Positions 1-12,699 of a DNA stretch of 64,000 bases are shown piece by piece. Position numbers and translations under genes: made by a program. The stretch lies in NCBI RefSeq assembly GCF_009914755.1, contig NC_060929.1. One strand, 5' to 3'. A model generated the notes under the pieces. The model searched no databases, was not told the origin of the DNA, and worked only from the letters and a program-made list of their open reading frames with translations. This DNA comes from the human T2T-CHM13v2.0 reference genome, Homo sapiens. Numbering within the stretch: the first letter of the stretch is position 1; each line of letters begins with the position of its first letter.

Positions 1-91
1 CTGAAAGTGCCAAACAAGATCCTGGTTGCAGCCCCTCCTTTGGCCCCCTAGGAGTGTCCAGTGGACCCCAGGTAGCTGCCTGTAGGTCTGT

Positions 92-232
92 CTGATTGGG
101 AAGAGGCGGCGAGTGAGGAAAGGAAAAAGGGAAGTGCCAGGAGGACCTAGCCTACTCCCTGCCTTTTTCCTCCTAGGCCTGCATTCTGAAGGCACCACAC
201 TAATTATGGTTAGAGTGCAGGCGGGGATTCCC
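92..232. promoter_or_regulatory. Promoter-flank motifs: CCAAT box (CTGATTGG, 92-99) and NF-kB-like site (GGGGATTCCC, 223-232)
   Basis: Motif matches in a repeat-free, GC/CpG-elevated first ~670 bp that looks like a CpG-island shore; function is inferred. Confidence 0.35.
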
Positions 233-1045
233 GAATGTGATGGAAAAATGCCAAACTCCTCCCTCAAGCTTCTATGTTGGACACTTCTTCTAAAAGCAAA
301 AGCATTTTAAAATGGCACATTGCATATTTTGGAATCAAGCTTTAAAAAGATGAGTGACTGGGACAGAAGACTGAGAAATTCTCTGGTAACCAGGACTGGG
401 GCTGCTTAACCGTGGGCAGTGTGTATCTGTGTGCTTTATCTGCCGCTCAAAGGCCTAGGCAGGTCGTCATTAATACATTCTCAGCCGCCCACTGCCCCAG
501 AGTTGCCCCAATTTTTCTAAGCCCTACAGCGTTGTCATTTCGTACGTCTGGCGAGGGAATTACAGCCGGTGAATAAGAAGGCCACTCCCACTCTGTAATG
601 CTAGATTTCTATTCCCTTCAGCTATCCTGCCCACAGTCAGATCTCCCTCCTCCACCCCACGCCTACCACCATTCTCCTACACCAAAGAGTGAAGGATGAT
701 TACAAGTCTTTTACAGGAGGTGTGGTTTAGTTCAATATGTACTGTTGGTTCTGCAAATATGCTGGTGGGAGGTTGACTATGCATGTTATGTGCCATATGC
801 CACCCTGTTGGCTGGCATGCAGTGGGAAGCCTGAAAAGCAAGGGCAGAGAAATAGATACTCTTTCTGCTTTTGAAGCACAGGCTTTAATAATAATAATAA
901 TTTTAAAAACAAGAGTTTTTGAAAAAAAATTCACGTAACTACAGTTGTGTTAATTCTTCATGGATTGCTTACATTGAGCACAATTTGCCTCTCAAAAAAG
1001 CAGCAGCAGATTAAATCGACCTCTTCAGATCCATAAAATCATGTT

Positions 1046-1135
1046 CAACTAGATATATCTCACTTTGTGTGCTTGATATGTTCTGGAAAAGTTATGTGTA
1101 AATTGAATTTTGCAAATCTGGTCATATTTCAGATA
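1046..1135 (+). mobile_element. Ancient Tigger-type DNA transposon fragment (Tigger15-like)
   Basis: ctcactttg...atgttctggaaaagttatgtgtaaattgaattttgcaaat resembles the remembered Tigger15a end. Confidence 0.4.
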
Positions 1136-1469
1136 ATTCTCAAGGTGCTTTCAATTTAAATTGGTTCCATTTTGTAAAGCAAATAATAACTTTGTAATGC
1201 AAATAGTTACTCCCTAGCTTATTTGTTTTGTAAGTTTGGGCTCTGGTATTTACACTTTTATTTTTCTAAAAGCAAGGTACATCTATAGATAAGAAGCAGT
1301 AGGACTTTAATTTATAAGTAATACAATGTAAAAATATAAAATATAAACTAAAATCATTTTAGAAATGTAATCTAGGAATTTAGATGTTTGCTTTTTAGAA
1401 CTTTAATGTAAGAACTTGTGCCTGTCCCAAAGGTAGACCTTGTAGCATCATAGAGAAGTGCACGGTAGA

Positions 1470-2070
<601 letters not shown>

Positions 2071-2839
2071 CTAGTGAATGTGAAATAATAAGGTCAGGAG
2101 TGGTATGAACAAGTACTATAAAACACTCACTGTGTGGTTTTCACTGGGAGCTGTTGGTAAGGTTGGGTACCATCACGTTTGCTCATCCACAAATATTCAG
2201 GAGACTGAGATGCCGTACTCAATGTGATATGAACTTGAAATATTTACTTACAAAGTCCCCAAAAGTCAATTTTATATATTTTAAGAGATTCAAAAAGTGA
2301 TGTTAAAGAATCATGTAATTTAATGAGCAAATATTAAAGTTTAATCTTCCTGAGATATTTTTACTGGAAACATCATTTACTGCTTTTTTAAGAGGAAAAT
2401 AGGTATCCAGCTCTTCCAGAGCAGATTCTACATAAGATTATTTTATATATTTTCAAGTCGGGTAGTGCTTTTACTACACTTGAGTAGTGGTTTTACTGCA
2501 TTTATAATACTCAGTGTTACCCACTTTGAGGTCTTTTTCAATCTATACTTCCTTTCTGGATTTACTTGGTTGAAATAAGTTATGAATTACTTGACACTCC
2601 AGTTTATGTAAATGAACCATTATTTAAGATGTGGTCCTAAAGACACCTTTAGTTACCAACATTAAATTTTTTCCACATATAGTACAGAAAAATGGGGGCA
2701 AGGAATGCTCGCCAATAATCTCGCCATCCTAACTTAATGTTCTTTGTTTTTTTGTTTTCTTCCAGGAGTACTTCTTAGAATTGTTATTTTTACAAATATG
2801 AAACAATTCAAACAACAAGTAACAGAATAGGACTCCTGT

Positions 2840-3950
2840 TTACTTCAGTATGGCAATAGATACTCTGAACAGCCCTCCACTGGAAACAACTAAAAATGCT
2901 AAATAAAATGTCAGAATTCAAAATTATTTTTGGGCTGGGAGCGGTGGCTCATGCTTGCAATCCCAGCACTTTGGGAGGCCGAGGTGGGTTTGAGGTCAGG
3001 AGTTCGAGACTAGCCTGGCCAACATGGTGAAACTTCGTCTCTACTAAAATTACAAAAATTAGCCAGGCGTGGTGGAGGGTGCCTGTAATCTCAGCTTCTC
3101 AGGAGGCTGAGGCTGGAGAATCGCTTGAATCCCAGAAGCAGAGTTTGCAGTGAGCCGAGATAAGGCCGCTGCACTCCAGCCTGGGCAATGGAGTGAGATC
3201 CCGTCTCAAAAAAAAAAATTTTTTTTTTGAATGTACCATTGAGCTGATAGAAGAGTAAAAAATATCAGAGGCAAATAAAATAAAAGCAGGAATCCTGAAA
3301 GGTGAGAGTGCTTACCTGAATGTAGCCTTTTCCATGGAGGCATCTGTAGATCCTTGCTGACAATGATCTTAGGTTTTGATGTTGGCATGGGGTGAAAGGG
3401 ACAGGAGAACAACCCCAGGGCCCAACCACGGTGAAGTCTAATACGAGATCCCCATGTAAAGCCAGGACCCCAAAAGGAAGCACCTTCAGTGTGAGGGTGA
3501 ACAAGAGATAAGCCCACTCCATAGATAGAGATAGCAAGGAAACTTGCTTGTCTTGACCATTGTGCTGAGTGGAAAGGAAAAAAAGTCTTCCCTGAAAATG
3601 TATAACCACAAGCAAACCTGCACAGAAACTTGAGGTCCAAAATGTATACTATCTGTGAGGACCAAAAACACCTCAAGCTGAAATGCTTATTTTAAGTTGG
3701 TTTCAAGTTTTAGTTGCTTTCAGGTACCTGGCAGAAACAAACACAATCTTCTCTGGAGGAATCCACTTTCAAATCAGGCCTCAAAAAATTCCCACAATTG
3801 AGCACCAAAGGTTATGGTCCAACCTTCAAAACTCATAAGACACACAAGCAATCAAGACACCATGGGGGATAGCCAAGAAACCAAATAGAAGAATCAAACC
3901 CATAATGATATTAGATATTATAATTACCATCACACATAAAATATGTGAGA
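2840..3950 (+). mobile_element. Old L1M (MC/MD-like) 5' region; interrupted by an Alu, resumes ~5390-6110
   Basis: cttcagtatggcaatag...aaatgctaaataaaat start and degenerate ORF1-like sequence (aatagaatggttaaacagattag) after the L1PA insertion. Confidence 0.55.
2932..3217 (+). mobile_element. AluS
   Basis: Alu dimer with small left-arm deletion, poly(A) tail, TSD aaaatt(a/t)ttttt. Confidence 0.95.
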
Positions 3951-3968
3951 CATTTTTTCATAATCACG

Positions 3969-5389
3969 TTTTTTTATTTTATTTTTTGATTTTAAGTTCC
4001 AGGATACATGTGCAGGATGTGCAGGCTTGTTACATAGGTAAACATGTGCCATGGTGGTTTGCTGCACCTATCAACCCATCACCTACGTATTAAGGCCCGC
4101 ATGCATTAGCTATTTATCCTGATGCTCTCCCTCTCCCAGCCCCCCCGATAGGCCGCAGTGTATGTTGTTCCCCTCCCTGTGTCCATGTGTTCTCATTTTT
4201 CAGCTCCCACTTATAAGTGAGAACATGTGGTGTTTGTTTTTTTGTTCCTGTGTTAGTTTGCTGAGGATAATGGCTTTCAGCTTCATCCATGTCCCTGCAA
4301 AGAACATGATCACATTCCTTTTTATGGTTGCATAGAATTCCATGGTGTATATGCACCACATTTTCTTTATCCAGTCTATTATTGATGGGCATTTAGGTTG
4401 GTTCCATGTCTGCTATTGTGAATAGTGCTGCAATGAACACACGCATGCATGTATCTTTTAGTAGAATGATTTCTATTCCTTTGGTTATATACCCAGTAAT
4501 GGGATTGCTGGGTCAAATGGTATTTCTGGTTCTAGGTCTTTGAGGAATCATCACACTGTCTTCCACAATGGTTGAACTAGTGTATATTTGCAACAACAGT
4601 ATAGAAAGCGTTCCCATTTCTCCATAGCCTTGCCAGCATCTGTTGTTTCTTTGCTTTTTATTTTTATTTATTTACTTATTTATTTATTGAGACAAGAGTT
4701 TCACTCTGTCACCCAGGTTGGAGTGTAGTGGCACAATCTCAACTCGCTGCAACCTCTGCCTCCTGAGTTCAAGTGATTCTCCTGCCTCAGCAGGTCCCAA
4801 GTAGCTAGGACCACAGGCATGCACCACCATGCCCAGCTAATTTTTGCATTTTTAGTAGACACAGGGTTTTACCACATTGGCCAGGCTGGTCTTGAACTCC
4901 TGACCTCAAGTGATCTGCTCACCTCGGCCTCTCAAAGTGTCGGGATTACAGGCATTAGCCACTGCACTTGGCCTCTTGACTTTTTAATAGTTGCCATTCT
5001 GACTGGTATCTCATTGTTGTTTTGATTTGCGTTTCTCTAATGATCAGTGACGCTGAGCTTTTTATCGTGTTTTTTGGATGCATAAATGTCTTCTTTTGAG
5101 AAGTGTCTGTTCATGTTTTTTGCCCACTGTTTAATGGGGTAGTTTGTTTTTTTCTTGTAAATTTGTTTAAGTTCCTTGTAGACTCTGGATATTAGACCTT
5201 TGTCAGATGGATAGATTGCAAAAGTGTTCTCCCGTTCTATAGGTTGTGTCTGTTCACTCTGATGATGGTTTCTTTTGCTGTGCAGAAGCTCTTTTGTTTA
5301 ATTAAATCATATTTGTCAATTTTTGCTTTTGTTGCAATTGCTTTTGATGTTTCGTCATGAAATCTTTGCCCACGCCTATGTCCCAAATG
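3969..5389 (-). mobile_element. 5'-truncated L1PA (about L1PA7/8) 3' end
   Basis: atacatgtgcaggatgtgcagg...ccatggtggtttgctgcacc and L1 ORF2 C-terminal sequence; TSD aaatatgtgag at ~3939 and ~5390. Confidence 0.92.
4655..4973 (-). mobile_element. AluSx nested in the L1PA
   Basis: Reverse Alu with (TTTA)n tail; L1 sequence continues on both sides. Confidence 0.95.
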
Positions 5390-5571
5390 AAATATGTGAG
5401 TTTAATTGGCAAAAAGTAATAACAGAGGGGATTAAAATTATATAAGGAGAAAGGACTAAAACTAATAATCTTACAAATTTCAAAACAAATAGAATTTATA
5501 GAATAAAAAAAGTTGTAATTGAAATAAAAATTCTAATAGAATGGTTAAACAGATTAGGCACAGTCAAAAAT

Positions 5572-5598
5572 GAAGAAGGAAGAAGAAGAAAAGAAGAA

Positions 5599-5655
<57 letters not shown>

Positions 5656-5663
5656 AAAGAAGA
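5572..5663 (+). repeat. Interrupted (GAA)n microsatellite, ~30 units
   Basis: Directly visible; GAG, GGA and AAA interruptions. Confidence 0.97.
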
Positions 5664-5664
5664 T

Positions 5665-5972
5665 AGGCGAAGTGGCTTATGTCTCATGCCTGTAAGTCCA
5701 GTAATTTGGGAAAGTTAGGTGTGGGGATTGCTTGAAGCCAGGAGTTCGAGACCAGCCTGAGTAACAAAGGGAGACCTGGTCTCTACAAAATATTTTTTTT
5801 AACAAATTAGCGGGATATGGTGATGCACACCTGTGGTCCCAGCTACTTAGAAGGTTGAGGCAGGATGATTGCTTGAGCCCAGGAGTTTAAGGCTGCAGTG
5901 AGCTATGACTGCGCTGCTGAAATCTAGCCTGGGCAACAGAGTGAGACCTTGTCTCTTAAAAAAATAAAAAAA
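5665..5972 (+). mobile_element. AluJ
   Basis: Diverged Alu dimer with J-type features (gattgcttgagcccaggagtttaaggctgcagtgagctatga). Confidence 0.9.
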
Positions 5973-6147
5973 CTGGTAAAAATTATTCATAAGGTTGAAC
6001 AGGGAAGCAATTGAAAAGTATAAAAGGGAAACCAAGACAGTTTATAAGATCTTACATAGATCTAATAGGAGCTTTGGGGAAAAGACTCAACTTTGATAGT
6101 AATCACGGAAGGTTTCTTGGGGAAAAAAAAGAATAAATATAGAAGTG

Positions 6148-6200
6148 ACTGGATGACTTAAGCAAAAATTGGGAACTGGATGACTTAAGCAAAAAATTGG
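6148..6200 (+). repeat. Tandem duplication, 27-bp period (actggatgacttaagcaaaaattgg x2)
   Basis: Directly visible. Confidence 0.9.
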
Positions 6201-7227
6201 CCCCTTGTCTTTGTTGCAGGACCCTAACTCTGAGGTTATTTTACATGTAACTGGAAATCCACAGAGAAGAATTGGCAAATGCAATCAAAATATATCAAGC
6301 TATATATAGCTAAAACCTGGGTAGACGTATTGGAGAGAAGCTTACCCTATAGCTATGAAGTCTGATATTTATCTTCTTTATGATTCTATATAATTAGCTG
6401 CATTTAAGGAAACAAGAAAACAGTGTCTCCTGAGTCTGCGTATCCATACACTTGAATACACTCCCAAATAAGCCCATTCAAAGCATTTTTAAAACGGTAA
6501 TTTTGCAGTATCAGATCTTGTTTTTAATTAAGGTTTAACTTCCACCCTCCCTTGCATTGCATTGAAGGATTAGGCCAGGCCACATCACATCTGGCTGGGC
6601 CTGTGATGTCTCAGGGATTTATGAATGACAAGCTGTATTAGAACTGTGGTCGCATGCAGTCATCCTGAAATCAGAAGCTGAGTCCTCCCTTCCCAGCGGC
6701 GCTGGGTTTGGGGTAAACAGGTAATCAAAGGCAACACTATCTCTGCACTCTCTTTCTTTTTCCAGAATCTTGCTTCATGAAAATTCAGAACCTGAATCTT
6801 GTGGCCTTCTCTAATGAGTAAACCATCATCAAAGTCAAGTGATTTATTTCTTAATGTTGGCTATGAAGAGGGCAAGGGAAGAAAGAGGCTGGAATCAGTG
6901 TGAGAGAGAATCAGAACAAGACAGGAGGGCACTGCAAGTTCACCAGCAGGAGAGGCTGCCCTTGCACCCCGGCCAAGAGGTCCGTGGAAAAGCAAGGTCA
7001 TGGGCTTTGTCTATCGGAGTTCTCGCTAATAAGCTGAAAAATATGCAAACTAGCGAGTTCACACAGAAGTTCAGACATTCTTGGGGCATTACTGAGAATT
7101 ATTTTGAAAACATACAATAAGATTATTGAGGGGCTGATTTGTCAGTGAGCCGCAGCAGAGGCTCTGGGAATGTGGGAGCCTTTCCTGAAGCCGCCGTGGT
7201 GGCCGCGGGTTGTGCAGAGACACTTAC

Positions 7228-7408
7228 CTCCCTGTGAACAGGGCTGTCTGTGTATGGTCTGTCAGACTGGCTGGGCAGCTGTCTTCCTTTCTTCAATGAC
7301 TGCTGCCACCGAGGCCACCTCCGGCAAATCACTTGAGGTCATGCCTTGGTTTCTTAAAGCCCCGGCATCTTGAAGCCCTAGGCTTTTGCCTCTTCCAGGA
7401 ACAATATG
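7228..7408 (-). other. Candidate 181-nt internal non-coding exon
   Basis: Minus-strand acceptor ttttctccttgctgttttccAG| and consensus donor GAG|GTAAGT; unique, relatively GC-rich sequence. Confidence 0.55.
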
Positions 7409-7849
7409 CTGGAAAACAGCAAGGAGAAAAGCTGTTATACCAAAAGACTGATCTGGGAGAAACAGAGACCTAGAGATAGACACTAAATGGGACTGGGATA
7501 ATAGCATGTGGAAGTGTTTTGAAAAGTTCCAAGTGCGACATAAACAAAGCTAATACTATTTCTATATAACAGCATGGCTTAATGGATCCACAAACTGTAA
7601 GCACTGGGCCATGGACAAACTGGTCCTTAAGAATAGAACCAATAGTACCACCTTTCCTCACTGCGCCTAATCCATAATTCAGCCTTGTGGAAATTCCACT
7701 AGACTTTGCGGTGTACCATACATATTTGGTAGCATGTGAGTAGAGTCAGAAACTTAGCATCAGTTATGGTCAGATAAGACAGATAAGACAGGAGGGAATA
7801 GAAAGTGGCATCTAATCGTTCACATTAATATGCATTACAATTGTCAAAG

Positions 7850-7975
7850 CACTTTTGCTTTGTAGCCTCACAACTGTGTGAAATAGTTAGGAGCTGTCAT
7901 CTCTATTTTCCAGGCAAGGAAACCGAGACTCAGCCAGGTGCCCCAGTTCACCCCAGGTCACAGGGCTGGTGAGCA
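7850..7975 (-). mobile_element. MIR
   Basis: ctctattttccaggcaaggaaaccgagactcag...caggtcacagggctggt matches the MIR core. Confidence 0.7.
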
Positions 7976-8559
7976 GGTCCCTCACAGCTGTGTAGTCAGT
8001 GGCCTCTAGGATACTCTGCAGAAACGTGGCAGGATAGCATTCTAAATCCAGGAATTTAACCAGTTGAACTGCAGGCAAAGCAGTAGAGACATGAAGCTCT
8101 TTCCTTTTCTGGGGCTCTCAATATTGCTGAAAAGCTGAGGTATGCCTGGGGAGAGGGTATGTTTGACTCTCCTAAATTATACCTCACCTGCTATACCTTC
8201 TCTTTCAGAGCGCCGTGTGCTCGACAAAGGAGAGCTTGCTCCAGAAATTGCAACCTGGTAATATTTGGCACATTCAGCACTTTCCATCTAGATGTTATCT
8301 CATTAACCTTCCTGGTGTCCCAGGGAGGCATGTGCTACATGCAATGTTGCTGAGCCTCTATCGCTCTAGGAAAAGGTAGTCCATTCTCCAGTCACCTCAG
8401 GATGAAGGCCTTTGGCTCTGCAGCTATTTTGCCAGGTCCCAGGTGCTTTTAAAGGAAATAACTTGGGTGCAGGTGGCAAATGCTTTCTTTTGCTATTTTC
8501 TGAATACAGGTATTTAGAAGTCAATTATTGCTATAAAAAGGGGGCATTTACTTCTCTAT

Positions 8560-8760
8560 AATGTTACTGAGTAATGTATAGATGCTTTCTTTATGTCTGG
8601 CATTTAACCCTTATAACAATGTGGGAAGTAGGTATTTTTACTCTTATTTTATAGGAAACAGTCACTTAGAGATGAAATACCTTGCTCAAAGACACACTGG
8701 TATTAGGTGGCAGCATAGGGTCTGTTATGAGGCCTGGGTGACTTCTAAGCCAAGACTTGA
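8560..8760 (-). mobile_element. MIR
   Basis: atttaacccttataacaat...aggtatttttactcttattttataggaaac...cttgctcaaagacacac. Confidence 0.65.
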
Positions 8761-10424
8761 GGTGCCAGCATCCAACTTACAGGGTTGTTCTATGCTGCGA
8801 CCTCATGAGCTAAGGGAAGGAATGAGGACCCAAATAACACAGCCTCACTGGCACCACCTAAATCCACAGGCTTCCCCACTGCCCACTGCAAGCCTCAAAG
8901 CAGGTAGGGGGCGGGGGTTGTAAAGGGAAGGCATGGGCAGCCTGAGACCCCAGACTCAGCTTCCCTAAGGTTGCTCATCCAATGTGGAGAAGGTCTTTTG
9001 AGTGCCTCTAATGTGGAGAGGTGTTTCAAGGCTCTTTGTGCTGTCAGGGCAGGGAGCCTGTGCCCTTGTGCTCCAGAGAATCAGGTGGGATTCTCAGAAA
9101 CAAGGCGAAAGAAAAAGAGAGGACAGGAGCTGGAGAATCCATGCTAAAGAAGAGGAGCAGGGGACTGGAGAGGGCCAGCTCACACTGTTCAGTAAACGCT
9201 GTGATAGAAATGTGCCTGGTGTGGCTAAAAGAGGACTTGTTGATTTGTGAAAGAGTGCTATGTTTCAATATGTGGGGGCTGCATTTTAAGAGCTGTCCTA
9301 CAAATTTTAGAAGGAAAAGAAATGTCCCACGGGCAATCTCAATCAAATGAAGTGGTGTATGCTTAATCAAATCAACAAGAATGGAACTTTTCAGAGGTTT
9401 TAAGATGCCTTTATTGTATTTATATTAGCCTCTGGGGTTAATGAGAAAGTCTTGCTAATAATGGTTTTTATATAAAATTGGTTGTAACATAAATTAAAAA
9501 GAAAAAATTTGGTTGTAAGAGGAGAGGTAGTTATCACTCAGGTTAATGATGACCCAGTGCCATAATTTCACAGCTGGTAAAATCAACTTGCAGTAGCATT
9601 TGAGTTGTTCCTTTAATCCAGGTCTTGGACACAGGAACCAGTGGCCATGAAGCAGAGCTGCTCCACACCGGGCTGCCTGGTGACTTGCATACCTTGTATA
9701 GAGCTTTTACATGGTCAGAGAGACTGACCATATCCAATACTCATTTTTACATTCTTCCATGGAAAAGTGGATTCAGATTAGGATCAGCCCTACTAATAAG
9801 CACCCCAGACATAATCAGCCACCTTCCCTGAGGCTACATTTCTCATACAGTGTCCTTGTTCTGGGTATGTGACTAATCACAGAGCTCTGATAAAGTAGTG
9901 TGTGTTTAGCGTAAATTATAAACTGGATGTTGGGCTGACATTTTGGCCTGATAGAGCTAAAACAGGTATTTCCAGCTTTGTCAGATCAAACTTATCACCT
10001 AATGGATACTTTCGGAAGTCTGTAGCTGATTCCTCATCTACTTAAGTTTCAGTAGCTTCTCTTCTCCAGATGAACATAAGATTACAAACTTCAAGTAGCC
10101 ATTTGGTTAGTACCATTGCCATTAAGTAGGTGAATAATAAACTGCTCAAGGACTCACACTTGCCCTTTCTTGTCCTCTTCCAAAGGGACAGACTCTTACT
10201 CTCAGTAGCCCATATCAGTATTTGAGCATTCTTACAGGCAAATTCTCCCTTAAATCCAGCCAGAGTCTCTCCTGCTTTAATTCCATTTCCTCTTTCACTT
10301 AGGTCTTCAGAAGTCTTGTAGAATAACAGTTTGACACCCCTCCCATAAAACTCTCCAGGAGCTTGGAAACAGCAACCAAGTTCTTTCATAGGCTTCTCTA
10401 CCGTAAGGTAAAACTTCTGATTCC

Positions 10425-10764
10425 TTTTTTTTTTTTTTTTTTTTGACAGAGTCTCATTCTGTTACCCAAGCTGAGTGTAGTGGCATGATTTTCTCTTTCA
10501 TCAGCTTTAGATAAGTCATAAGAATACTGCAGCCTTCACCTCCCCAGTTCAAGCAATCCTCCCACTTCAGCCTCCCAAGTAGCTGGTACTAGAGACACAT
10601 GCCACCACGCCAGGCTAATTTTTTTATTTATTAAAAAAAATTTTTGGTAGAGACGGAGTCTAGCTATGTTGCCCAGGCTACTGTCTAACTCCTGGACTCA
10701 AGTGATCCTCCCTGCTCAGCTTCCCAAAGTGCTGGGATTACAAGCATGAACCACTGCACCCAGC
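10425..10764 (-). mobile_element. AluJ carrying a 36-bp non-Alu insertion
   Basis: Reverse Alu; TSD aac(t/c)tctgattcctttt; foreign segment at 10490-10525. Confidence 0.92.
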
Positions 10765-10879
10765 AACCTCTGATTCCTTTTAACTTTCTAGTTTCATTCT
10801 GTTCCTCCTAGTAGAGGACTCCTGAATCTTCTCTGGGTTTCCCCCATCTTTATTAAAGTGTATAGGATTCAACTAAGGA

Positions 10880-11340
10880 TTAATTATCTCTCAAAATGGA
10901 AGTCTCAGGCAGAGTGGCTCCAGCCCAAGCAAACAACCAAGGCTCTCTCTACAGTTTCTAGTAGGTTGGGGATGTCCCCCACTCATGTTGCAAGATGTCT
11001 GTCTGCAACAGTTCCAGACATCCCATGCAATACAACAATGCCCAGTGAAAAGAGAGGGTCTCCTCCTATGAGTCTCTCTGTACTATAAGAAAAGCCTTTT
11101 CCCAAAGCTCCCTAGGTGGCTTACAGTCAGACCTCCTTGGCTAAGATTGGGCCACAGGCCAAGGGCATGAGCCTGCCAAGACTGCCTGGACTAATAACCC
11201 TTCATGTCCCCACCCAGCCTGGCAAGGGGAGTTGTTTCCTGAGCACATGACCTTCAAACAAAATCAAGGCTCCACAAGCAAGGTGGAGAAGGGTGAGAAG
11301 GGGCAGTGTGGCTAAGTGGCAATCAGCTGTCTTTGTCACA
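10880..11340 (-). mobile_element. Ancient MaLR LTR (MLT1I/J-like)
   Basis: ccttttcccaaagctccc...ttggctaagattgggccaca...aacaaaatcaaggctc...ggcaatcagctgtctttgtcaca. Confidence 0.6.
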
Positions 11341-11409
11341 GGGGAGCAAAAACGGGGCCCAAATGATTCTCCATATAGTTCAAAATAGTAATAATAACAC
11401 AACAAAACA

Positions 11410-11640
11410 AGCAATTACTGAGAGCCCACTAAATACCAGTTATTGTGAGATCTAGCAGGTTCACAAAGATAAACAAGATGTGGTCTTTGACCTGCAGAGT
11501 TAGCAATCAAGTTTGGGAGAAGATACATCCCATATAATTCCAAAACTGTATAGTAAATGATAAAAGAGGCATGCATAGCATGTTCTGGAAACACAGTGAA
11601 TGGAGGCTGGCTGGACTGGCTGTAAGTGCTGAGAATGAGT
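11410..11640 (-). mobile_element. L2 3' fragment
   Basis: ttactgagagcccacta...caaagataaacaagatgtggtctttgacct is the reverse of the L2 tail. Confidence 0.6.
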
Positions 11641-11721
11641 TAGCTTAAGAAAAACAAGACTTGGGAAGAACTATGAGTTATGTGACTTCTGATTTTCTAA
11701 TCTTTGTGTAGTATTTTATGG

Positions 11722-12003
11722 TTTTTTTTTTTTTTTTTTTTTTGAGACACAGTCTCACTCTGTCGCCCAGGCTGGAGTGCAGTGGCGCAATCTCGGCTCA
11801 CTGCAAGCTCTGCCTCCTGGGTTCACGCCATTCTCCTGCCTCAGCCTCCTGAGTAGCTGGGACTACAGGTGCCCGACACCAGCCTGGCTAATTTTTTGTA
11901 TTTTTAGTAGAGACGGGGTTTCACTGTGTTAGCCAGGATGGTCTCGATCTCCTGACCTCATGATCCACACGCCTCAGCTTCCCAAAGTGCTGGGATTACA
12001 GGC
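11722..12003 (-). mobile_element. AluY, slightly 5'-truncated
   Basis: Y-type gggttcacgccattctcc and ctgcaagctc; perfect TSD agtattttatg (11710-11720, 12004-12014). Confidence 0.93.
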
Positions 12004-12699
12004 AGTATTTTATGTTTTATTATTATGGCTCATCTAAAGTTGATGAAATAGAAAATCCTTTCAAGCCTTGAGGGTGGTGTGAATTTCAAGGGTCATTTCC
12101 TATGAGTTCATTTTTTCATATTTCGTGTCTGGATGAAATCCATTTTATGATGAGTGAATTCCATGTTTAAACAAGGAAGCCACTCATCCAGTAGGAAAAT
12201 GTGTGAAGGAGAAAATGAATGCAGTCTTGATCATCATGATGTCACTGGTTCTGAAAATGGGCTTGTTTAAGTATTATGAGAAAACTTCAGTAATTTGGAC
12301 TGAGGAGGAATTGGTCAGAATGAGTGAAAGTCATTTGGAATTATTAAAACACAGTTTTTATTACTTTTATTTAAGTCTAGCTTAAGTTTAAAATTGGATG
12401 ACAGAGTTGCTAATGAGGAATGTGTATTAAATTGTTAAGAATGATTTCCTTAGCAAATTCACCATCTCCCTAAAAGTGCTCCTCAGATGGTAAGGGACAC
12501 TAGAAAACAAGTTATTCTTTTCTCCTGTGTCTTTCTTTTTTCAAGTTTTTACGAGATTTACACTTCACTAGGAAAATTTGCTTTAACAAATATAAACTTT
12601 AGCCTGGTCTCTGTGGAGTTTATTATAGAATTAGGAAAATGTAAAACGTAATTGCTTTTTAAAATCTTAGTTACAGAACTGGAGTTGTGTGTCCATGCT

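Noticed and set aside
4114-4392. 92-aa ORF
   Set aside because: Off-frame reading of the degenerate L1 3' end
5496-5687. Poly-serine ORF
   Set aside because: Reverse translation of the GAA repeat
6148-6200. Short direct repeats as a possible CRISPR-like or repeat-spacer array (also 52771, 2461)
   Set aside because: Only two adjacent copies, no unique spacers, eukaryotic context; ordinary slippage duplications
8209-8257. Possible 49-nt plus-strand exon (ttctctttcAG ... CTG|GTAATA); isolated plus-strand acceptors at 2765 and 6766
   Set aside because: Weak donor and no consistent partner exons; such sites are common by chance
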